From Planctomycetota bacterium (GTDB lineage: Bacteria > Planctomycetota > UBA8742 > UBA2392), in NCBI GenBank assembly GCA_016712285.1, contig JADJRK010000001.1, positions 2,300,885 to 2,364,884 on the forward strand: DNA of 64,000 bases, in the 5' to 3' direction. The notes beneath the pieces were generated by a model. That model was given only the letters and a program-made list of their open reading frames with translations. It was not told the origin of the DNA and did not search any database. Positions 44,059 through 51,544 of this stretch are shown piece by piece; within the stretch, counting starts at the first letter, position 1, and each line of letters opens with the position of its first letter. The position numbers and the translations under genes are program-made.

Positions 44059-45777
44059 CTAGTAAATGTCGTTCATGGTGTTGAAGACGTTGAACTTGCC
44101 CGTGGGCGTGACCATCCAGTCTCCGGTGATGATCTTTTTGATTTCCAAGGTCTTGTCGTCATAGACAATGATCGCGCCCTTCTGGTCCTTGCGGCCCCAG
44201 GCGGCCACCCACACTTCGGTACCCTGCTTGTTGTACTCCATGTGCACCGCCTTGTGCCCGCGGAACTCTTCAGGCAGCAGCAGTGTCTTCTTTACCTCAA
44301 GCGTGTCGGCGTCGATCACGTAGATGCTGTCCGCGAGTTCCTTGTCGGGGTTCAGCGCGCGGTCGCAGTACACGTGTCGGCTGTTGGGATGGGTCTTGAT
44401 GAAAAGGTTGCCGCCGCCGATGCCCGGCAGTTCCACCAGCTTGACTACCTTCCAGGCGTTGCTTGCGTGGCCCTCAGGGTCGGTGCCGATGAACGAGATG
44501 TGGTTGCTGCCGATGTGACCGGTCGCCCACAGCGGCCCGTGTTGCGCGTGATTGACGTTTGCGCCGCGGCCCGGGTGCGGTACCTGGCCCTTGGTCTCGA
44601 CGTTGGCGACAAGCTTCTGGGTCTTGGTATCGATCACCGAGATCTTGTGACGCGCGTTGGCAGCCATCAACAAGTAGCGCCGGCTGCTGTCCCATCCGCC
44701 GTCATGCAGGTAGCGCTCGGCGGCGATCATCCTTATGCCCAGCGGCCCGTTGCCATCACCAAGCTGCGAGTAGTCTACGGACCAAACCTGGCCGGTTTCC
44801 TTGATGTTGACCATCCAAGTGGGGCTGTGGTGGTCGGCGACAATGGCTGCCACGCGGGCCTCGCGGACGAACTCACCGTTGTCGATCTCATAGCTTGAGG
44901 TCGAGACGACGCGGATGGGCTCAAGCGTGTCACCCTTCATGATCACCAGCATCGGGGGCCAGTAGCCGCCGACGATCACGTACTTGTCGAGGTAGCCTTC
45001 AAACTTTGTCGTCTCGACCGACCGCGCTTCATTAAGCGCCTTGACCTCGGCGACGATGTCGGGCTTGTCCATCCACAAGTCGATCATGCCGACTTTGCCG
45101 TCGCGGCCGATGCTGTAGAAGTAGCGGCCCGAAGCCGAGCTGCGCAGGATATGGACGGCAAAGCCAGAGTTGACGATGTTGACCAACTCGTAGGTGTCGC
45201 CGTCGATGATCGCGACTTTGCCCACGTCACGCAGCACCACGCCAAAGTAGTTCTGCCAGTTGCGACCGGCAGGCGGTGCCGTCGGGCGCTTGTCTACGGG
45301 CACGTACAGCTTGTACGACTCTTTGATTTCCTTGAGGCTGCGCTCGGGTGGCGGTGGTGGGTCGTTCTGGACGTACCTGGCCATCAGCTTGACTTCGTCA
45401 GGCGACAGGATGCCCGACTTGCCCCACTCGGGCATGCCCGCTGGTGAGCCGTTGGTGATCATGGCTTCAAGGTAGGCGGTACCCTTCTTGCGAGTGCTTT
45501 CAGGCTCGATGTTCGGGCCCGTGGCACCCTTGCGCAGCACGCCATGACAGCCGGCGCAGCGGTTGAAGAAGATGTTCTTGCCCTTCTCCATTTCTTCATG
45601 ACTGAGCTTGATGCCGTCATGCTTGTGGTCGTCATCGTCGTCGTCGTGCTTGTCCGAGTTACCCCCGGACGCGACTGCGTTGCCTCCGCTGTTGGCAGCC
45701 GGTGCACATCCAACGGCAAGGGTCGTGGCGGCTGCCATCCCGATTGCCAGTACGATCAGGTATTTGCGCAGGTTCAT
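44059..45777 (-). CDS. nirS: Cytochrome cd1 nitrite reductase
   Basis: 572 aa. Lipobox LAVGC. Asp/His-rich linker DKHDDDDDDHKHD. Haem c motif CAGCHGVLRKGATGPN. Long d1 beta-propeller part (FAVHILRSSASGRY, GHIGSNHISF). Confidence 0.92.
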   Translation of the reverse strand: MNLRKYLIVLAIGMAAATTLAVGCAPAANSGGNAVASGGNSDKHDDDDDDHKHDGIKLSHEEMEKGKNIFFNRCAGCHGVLRKGATGPNIEPESTRKKGTAYLEAMITNGSPAGMPEWGKSGILSPDEVKLMARYVQNDPPPPPERSLKEIKESYKLYVPVDKRPTAPPAGRNWQNYFGVVLRDVGKVAIIDGDTYELVNIVNSGFAVHILRSSASGRYFYSIGRDGKVGMIDLWMDKPDIVAEVKALNEARSVETTKFEGYLDKYVIVGGYWPPMLVIMKGDTLEPIRVVSTSSYEIDNGEFVREARVAAIVADHHSPTWMVNIKETGQVWSVDYSQLGDGNGPLGIRMIAAERYLHDGGWDSSRRYLLMAANARHKISVIDTKTQKLVANVETKGQVPHPGRGANVNHAQHGPLWATGHIGSNHISFIGTDPEGHASNAWKVVKLVELPGIGGGNLFIKTHPNSRHVYCDRALNPDKELADSIYVIDADTLEVKKTLLLPEEFRGHKAVHMEYNKQGTEVWVAAWGRKDQKGAIIVYDDKTLEIKKIITGDWMVTPTGKFNVFNTMNDIY

Positions 45778-45907
45778 GATGCTCTCCCGGTCTCCAAGTC
45801 AGTGCGGCGAAGGCCGCTGCTTTGCTCCACACTACGTACGCTACAGATATTCAGACCTTAGTATCTTCTTATCTTCAATAATCCATCGCCGGTACCCGCG
45901 TGTCAAC

Positions 45908-48025
45908 TCATTTCGCCGTGCTGGATTCGATTTCCTGGCCGTCCCAGCGGAAGCCGTTTTCAAACTGCACCACGCGCCTTCGGTTGGCCTCAAATTCAAC
46001 CCTGCGTTGCTCTACATGATCCCATTTCTGGCTGTCGTCATCGCCCGAGCCGCGCAGCGCAATCTCGACCTGGTGCGCCCCGGGCTGCATGGGCAGTTCA
46101 ATGGTCCCCAGGCTTGCGCTGTCACCCCGCACACCCTTTGGCTCGTACACCTGCTCGTGCACCACCATGCCATCCACGGTCACGCGCAGCGTGACCGGCA
46201 GCCGTCGCGTGCGCTTCTTCATCCCCTTCATGTGCGGCAGCTCTGATGCTACGTCTTCCGCCTCTTCCGCCTCGTCGCCAGCCAGCTTGAATGCCACGAC
46301 CAGCATGGACGGCGGCGCATCTGGCGCGACGTACACAAACTGCGACAGCACAACCATCAACGCGACGAGAATCAGCGTCGTCAGCACGCCCCCCGCCACG
46401 AGCCGCGCCTTGCCCGCGATGCGCAGCGGCGTCCGAAATGCTCCTTCCAGGAATGCCGCCCCGGCTTGCTGCAAGTCGTGGTCCGACCCAGTCTCGAGGC
46501 GCAAAAACCGGAACGTGCCTTCAGGGATCCGTTCGGGCTTGAACTCAGGCTCGCGGCGGTTCTCGGCGCGCGCCTGCGCGATGTCCGATCCCAGGCGGCA
46601 GCGCGGTTCGGTCGATTCGCACGCCACAATCATCGCGCGCCCGCCCTTGCGCGAGATCATCTCGACCAGCGAACTGTGCACCCAAGCCGCGCACGGCACC
46701 GGCACGACGCGCCAGCCCGGCATTCCGTCGCACAGCCCAGTTTCGGGGTCCACCTGCAGCTTGCGCCCGGCGCTGTCGGCACAAAGGAACATCACCGCGT
46801 GGGGTCCGGCGGCATCGTCCAACCAGCCCCGGATGCGGTCACGCACCGCAGGCCGGTCAAGCTCGGGATACTTGATTGCGCCGGGGTCGCACGAGCCCAT
46901 GCACACGCCGCAGCTGACGCAGCGCGCAGGGTCAATCAGTGAAACCAGCTTCTCCTTGCCTTCGGCTGGCACCATCGTGATGGCTTCGTAGGGGCAGTCC
47001 TGAAAACATTGCGTGCAGCCGTTGCAGGCCGGAGTGTTCACGACGGCAGGCTGCCGACGGCGGCGCCCCAGAATCAGCGGTAACCCGCACAGGCCGACCA
47101 GAATTCCCAGCGAAATCGCCCAGAAGGTCACCCCGCCCACGCGGTCGGTCACGAACAGGGGCAGCAGGTAAAACCAGTCGATGTCAAACTCGCCGGTGAT
47201 CACGGCCATGTCGGCCGGGGCCGCCAATGCTGCCGGCACCACCAGCGAAGCCACCGTCAGCACGCCCAGCGTCACCAGCGCCAACTTGCGGGATGGCAGA
47301 AAGCGCGGCTTTCTCAGGCGCACCAGGTGAATCCAGATCACGGCACCAATCGGCACCGGCAGCAGCACGTGTGCAAAGAACACGGCAAAGAAGATGAGTG
47401 AGTTGATGTCCCCGTTGGTCAAGAAGCTCAGCGCGACCGGCTGGGGAAAGATCGGCAGTGTGTCCAGCACCTGTGCCGTGCCAACTGCAATCGCCTGTGC
47501 CCGCTGGTCCCAGGTCAACCAGTAGCCGAGCCATCCATCCAGCCAGATCAACGCCAGGATGATGATGCCCGTGACCCACGCGATCCAGCGCGCACCCGTA
47601 AAGCGTCGCGCCAGCAGCACCTTGATCGCATGGATGACCGAAAACAGCACACAGGCATCCGAGCTGTAACGGTGCAACGTGCGGACCAGGCCGCTGCCCC
47701 ACGGCTGTGCCTCCATGGCGGCGATCGAGGCGTAGGCAGTGTGAACGCTGGTGTCGTACCACAGCAGCAACAGCACGCCGGTAGCGGCTGCAATAATGAA
47801 CGTGTAGCCGGCCAACGCGCCGGTATACGCAAATGGGTTCCACTTCTCGGGCAACCCGCAACCCAGGATGCGCTCGACGCGCAACCACGCGCGCTCGCCT
47901 GCTGCCAGCACAGCATCGCCGCGCACGGGCGCAGCGTGACGGGCATCGGTAACTCGGGCCTTCAGCTTGTTGGCGGGCGAAAGGGCCGGCTTGGCGGGTG
48001 TTTCGATGCCGGCGGGGAAGGTCAT
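45908..48025 (-). CDS. Fusion protein: cytochrome b (N-terminal domain) + 2x[4Fe-4S] ferredoxin + MvhD/FlpD-like domain + C-terminal TM/soluble domain
   Basis: 705 aa. Cytochrome b-like LHRYSSDACVLFSVIHAIKV...GYWLTWDQRAQ. CNGCTQCFQDCPYEAI and CVSCGVCMGSCDPGAI. MvhD-like MFLCADSAG...VPVPCAAWV...MIVACESTEPRC. ATGA overlap with the Sco gene. Confidence 0.8.
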   Translation of the reverse strand: MTFPAGIETPAKPALSPANKLKARVTDARHAAPVRGDAVLAAGERAWLRVERILGCGLPEKWNPFAYTGALAGYTFIIAAATGVLLLLWYDTSVHTAYASIAAMEAQPWGSGLVRTLHRYSSDACVLFSVIHAIKVLLARRFTGARWIAWVTGIIILALIWLDGWLGYWLTWDQRAQAIAVGTAQVLDTLPIFPQPVALSFLTNGDINSLIFFAVFFAHVLLPVPIGAVIWIHLVRLRKPRFLPSRKLALVTLGVLTVASLVVPAALAAPADMAVITGEFDIDWFYLLPLFVTDRVGGVTFWAISLGILVGLCGLPLILGRRRRQPAVVNTPACNGCTQCFQDCPYEAITMVPAEGKEKLVSLIDPARCVSCGVCMGSCDPGAIKYPELDRPAVRDRIRGWLDDAAGPHAVMFLCADSAGRKLQVDPETGLCDGMPGWRVVPVPCAAWVHSSLVEMISRKGGRAMIVACESTEPRCRLGSDIAQARAENRREPEFKPERIPEGTFRFLRLETGSDHDLQQAGAAFLEGAFRTPLRIAGKARLVAGGVLTTLILVALMVVLSQFVYVAPDAPPSMLVVAFKLAGDEAEEAEDVASELPHMKGMKKRTRRLPVTLRVTVDGMVVHEQVYEPKGVRGDSASLGTIELPMQPGAHQVEIALRGSGDDDSQKWDHVEQRRVEFEANRRRVVQFENGFRWDGQEIESSTAK

Positions 48026-48993
48026 GGCTTCGGCTCCGGCTCATTGGCGAGCAGCTTGAGTGCATCGGTGAGCCATTGCTGCTGCAAATCGCCCAGCGAG
48101 AAGCGGTATGCCAGGCGGCCTTGCCGGTCGATCAGCAGAAACGCGTTGGAGTGGTCCAGCCGCCCCTTCTCGGCATTCCACTTGCGCCAGATCCCCATGA
48201 ACTCGATGACCGCGTTGACGTCGGCCGGTTTACCGGTGACCAGGTTCCACTGTGGCGCCTTGACGCGGTGCCCGCGCGCCATGCCGGCCAAGGCCGCCTG
48301 GTCGTCGCGCTCGGGGTCAAGGGTCACGGCGAAAACATGCACCTGGGCCTGCTCGTGCTCGCTAAGCGCCGCCATCGCGTTCTTGGCCTGGGTCAGAATC
48401 ATCGGGCATGCGTCGGTGCAGGTGGCGTAAATCGCGGTGATCATCACCACGCTGCCCCGATAATCCTGTGGCGAAACCTGTACCCCGTTCTGGTTGGTCA
48501 GTCGAAACTCCGGCGCCTTGAGCTGGGTGCGCAGTTTGTCGGCCGGGAAGGGCAGCGACTCGCCAGCGACGTACGGTTTGTCGCCATTCGCGGCGTCGGC
48601 CATCGACATCAATCCGAATGCGCCTATCGCGACGACACCGAGCGCCGCACCCACGCAGATGGAGAGAGCCATCGGTTTGCGGAGCGCGACGCCCAGCTGT
48701 CGTCGGTACACCAGGAAAGTTGCAGTACCCAGAATGAACGGAGCCGTTACGTAGGGCACAACACTGGCCCACTTCACGCTGCCGGTCACCGAGTCGTAGT
48801 CAAAACAGCGCCGCTTGAAGTCTGCCGTGAACTCGCCCAGCGCGCCCTGCGCATCGGGCATGAGCATCATGGCCACAAGCATTGCATTCCACACCACCAG
48901 CACGCACAGCATGAACACCGCGAACCACGGCCCTTCAAACAGGCCTCGCAACGTGCGGCCGGCAATGGCGGTTGTCTCCTTCAGTACTGACAT
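48022..48993 (-). CDS. Sco1/SenC-family copper chaperone with extended N-terminal membrane region
   Basis: 323 aa. Thioredoxin-like CTDACPMI (Cx3C) plus a downstream His. GGAGAGAGCC SD. Confidence 0.85.
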   Translation of the reverse strand: MSVLKETTAIAGRTLRGLFEGPWFAVFMLCVLVVWNAMLVAMMLMPDAQGALGEFTADFKRRCFDYDSVTGSVKWASVVPYVTAPFILGTATFLVYRRQLGVALRKPMALSICVGAALGVVAIGAFGLMSMADAANGDKPYVAGESLPFPADKLRTQLKAPEFRLTNQNGVQVSPQDYRGSVVMITAIYATCTDACPMILTQAKNAMAALSEHEQAQVHVFAVTLDPERDDQAALAGMARGHRVKAPQWNLVTGKPADVNAVIEFMGIWRKWNAEKGRLDHSNAFLLIDRQGRLAYRFSLGDLQQQWLTDALKLLANEPEPKP

Positions 48994-49018
48994 GGCTCTC
49001 TCCAGTCGTGCGGCTGCG

Positions 49019-50731
49019 TCACTTGACGGGCCACACGTCGACCAGCGCCTTCCAGTTGGCGAAGTAGTACACCGCGAAGCTGGCCAGGAAGATGCCGGTC
49101 AACACCAGCGTCCCCTTGGGGCGAAGCTTTTCCTCTTCAGGGTTCCAGTGGGTCGTGATCAGGCTCTTGGTCAGGCGGTCCTGTTCAGGCTTCTGCCAGC
49201 TTGTCATGGCGCGTCCCTTGTTGCTCTTGCCCAGGAATACCGTGTACACAGTCAGCAGAATGAAGATCAGGGCACCGGTTGCCGCGATCGTGCCGCCAAT
49301 GCCCACAACTGCCAGGAACGGCCCGGCATCGCCCAGGTGCGGCGGGATTTGCGCACCGGTGAAGTCAATGTCCGGGTGGCGGCGCGGCACACCAAGGCTG
49401 CCGGCCAGCGTCATGCCTATGCCCATCAGCACGATGCCGAACCCGAAGATATAGGGCTGGATGCGTGCCAGTGCGCGTGCCGGGTAGTCCCGCTGGAAGA
49501 TCAGCGGCACCACGTAATAGGCCAGACCCATGAACGCCAGGCTGGTGCCACCCGCCACCGTCATGTGAAAGTGGCCGGGAATGCGCAGCGTGTTGTGGGC
49601 AATGATGTTGATCTGGTGCGTGCCCAGCGTGACGCCGGTAATGCCGCCGCCGAATCCAAAGATCAGCAGCGACAGGAAGAACGCGGCAAAGCCGGGGTCT
49701 TTCCACGGCGCCTTGGTCAGCCAACCGAACAGTCCGCCGATACCCTTCTTGCGCTGCGCGACTTCAACCGCCGCCGGCACCGTGAAGCCATGGATCATGC
49801 TGGCCAGCACCGCCAGGTACAGCGCGTAGCTTGTGTTCCACATCTTCCATGGGGCGCTGACACCCGGGTCTACCAGCAGGTGGTGCGCCGAGGCCAGGTT
49901 GATGAACAGGATGTAGAGCACGAAGGCAACGCGGCAGACAGTCTCGTTCAACGGGCGCGAGCCGGTCGTGAGCGTCGCCATCAGGTACCACACGGAAACC
50001 ATGGCGCACACGTTGATCTGCTGGCTGGCGTGGCCGAAGCCCCACCAGATCATGCGGTACCAGGCGCCATCGGGGGCATTCTCGAGCACGCCGATGGACC
50101 ACAGCCACGTCGGGATCAACGCAACCGCGCCGTGCACAATCGTGAAGATCGCGATAATCACTGCCGCGAGCGCGCCGAAGACAACCAGCGGGATGCTGCC
50201 CTTGTAGGTCTTGTCGCGCTTGGCAATGAACAGGCCGCCCAGGAAATTGACGCATCCGAGCAAGGCACCGACGGCAAACAGGATCAGGCCCAGGTAAAAC
50301 TCCTGCTCCGCCCGCAACGGCACATAGCTGGTCATCAGCACCGAGGCGCGGTCCATGAAGATGGAGTAATTGACAGTAAGAAAGCCCGTCAGCATCAGTA
50401 CAACCTGTCCCCAGCTGAGGGCCCTACTGAAGTTGCGCGAGTTGAGCAGCGAAGTCGAGGCGAAGTAGAGAATCGCCATTTCCATGAACAGGATCCAGAA
50501 CACCAGCATGTTCAGGCCGTGCACGGTCAGGTACTTGTAGTAGTTCGCAGGCTCAAGCAGCGCGACGGTCTCCCAGCGCGTGAGTGCAAGCAGAAACGCC
50601 GCAGTCACGCCGATCAGCAGCGCCACGACGCCAAACACGGCGTTGAGCTTGATGAACAATTGCGCGCTGTTGCAGACCGGCAGGCCCGTGGTCGCACAGA
50701 CTCGCGATTTGTCAGGCAGAAGGTTTCCCAT
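49019..50731 (-). CDS. Haem-copper oxidoreductase subunit I, B-family-like but lacking the cross-linked Tyr (candidate NO reductase of the eNOR/sNOR type)
   Basis: 570 aa from ATG 50731, with GAGGAG SD (the track starts at TTG 50749). Low-spin haem His in YLTVHGLNM. CuB His in WWGFGHASQQ, where Gln stands where HPEVY has Tyr. HH pair LASAHHLL. GHFHMTV. Confidence 0.88.
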   Translation of the reverse strand: MGNLLPDKSRVCATTGLPVCNSAQLFIKLNAVFGVVALLIGVTAAFLLALTRWETVALLEPANYYKYLTVHGLNMLVFWILFMEMAILYFASTSLLNSRNFSRALSWGQVVLMLTGFLTVNYSIFMDRASVLMTSYVPLRAEQEFYLGLILFAVGALLGCVNFLGGLFIAKRDKTYKGSIPLVVFGALAAVIIAIFTIVHGAVALIPTWLWSIGVLENAPDGAWYRMIWWGFGHASQQINVCAMVSVWYLMATLTTGSRPLNETVCRVAFVLYILFINLASAHHLLVDPGVSAPWKMWNTSYALYLAVLASMIHGFTVPAAVEVAQRKKGIGGLFGWLTKAPWKDPGFAAFFLSLLIFGFGGGITGVTLGTHQINIIAHNTLRIPGHFHMTVAGGTSLAFMGLAYYVVPLIFQRDYPARALARIQPYIFGFGIVLMGIGMTLAGSLGVPRRHPDIDFTGAQIPPHLGDAGPFLAVVGIGGTIAATGALIFILLTVYTVFLGKSNKGRAMTSWQKPEQDRLTKSLITTHWNPEEEKLRPKGTLVLTGIFLASFAVYYFANWKALVDVWPVK

Positions 50732-50735
50732 GGCC

Positions 50736-51263
50736 CTACTCCTCGACAATGATCAATCCGGACATCAGGTGGTGGCCGGCGCCGCAGAATTCGTTGCAGA
50801 TGATGCTGAACTCGCCCGTTTCGGCGGGTTTGAGCGTGATGACGTGGTCGTAGCCCGGCACCACGTGGAAGTTCATGTTCATCGGCAGCAGGCTGAAGCC
50901 GTGCTGGTAGTCGCCGCTGGAGATATGGATGCGGTACTCGACATCCTTCTTCAGCTTGAGCACCGGGTACCAGCGCCAGTTCTTGCCCACAAGGTAGGCA
51001 TCGCTGCCGGGTGCCGGCTGCACGATGGGCGTACCCGCGCGATCGCCCACCTGGTTGGTCTCGACGAACTTGGCCACGCGCTTTTCGAAATCGATGGGGG
51101 CGACGGTATAGGCTTCGCCTGAGCTGGTCTGCTGGCCCTTGAAGTGCCAGTAGGGCATGGCGATGGTCAGCACCAGGCACCACAGCAGCGCCACGCCGAT
51201 CCAGACACGTTCAAACCCGTGAGGCGCGCGAACCCATTTTCCGACAGGATTATAGATGCTCAT
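50736..51263 (-). CDS. Haem-copper oxidoreductase subunit II with intact CuA site
   Basis: 175 aa from ATG 51263, with AAGGAG SD. One TM helix. CuA pattern H-x34-C-x-E-x-C-G-x2-H-x2-M, read as QHGF...IICNEFCGAGHHLM. Confidence 0.8.
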   Translation of the reverse strand: MSIYNPVGKWVRAPHGFERVWIGVALLWCLVLTIAMPYWHFKGQQTSSGEAYTVAPIDFEKRVAKFVETNQVGDRAGTPIVQPAPGSDAYLVGKNWRWYPVLKLKKDVEYRIHISSGDYQHGFSLLPMNMNFHVVPGYDHVITLKPAETGEFSIICNEFCGAGHHLMSGLIIVEE

Positions 51264-51279
51264 GGCTGGCTCCTTTCGC

Positions 51280-51468
51280 CTACGGCAGCTCTGCCTTCTT
51301 GGCCAGCAGAAGTTCAACCCACGCCCATACGGTGTAGGACAGGAACGGGACCATGAACCCCAGCGCCAGCAGCAACCACATGTTGTCGAACAGCCGCTGC
51401 AGCCAGGCCTTGTCTGAGGGCTCTTCCTGCCCTTCGGGCACCTCATAGATGCTGCCGTGTTCGGTCAT
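51280..51468 (-). CDS. Small single-TM subunit preceding oxidase subunit II
   Basis: 62 aa. GGGAGCAAGCC SD. One hydrophobic helix (MWLLLALGFMVPFLSYTVWAWV). Confidence 0.5.
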   Translation of the reverse strand: MTEHGSIYEVPEGQEEPSDKAWLQRLFDNMWLLLALGFMVPFLSYTVWAWVELLLAKKAELP

Positions 51469-51544
51469 GGCTTGCTCCCATCAAGGATTACAAGGTCTTT
51501 TTATCTTGTTTATAGCCTGCCACAATCTCAGTCAAGCCGTACTT

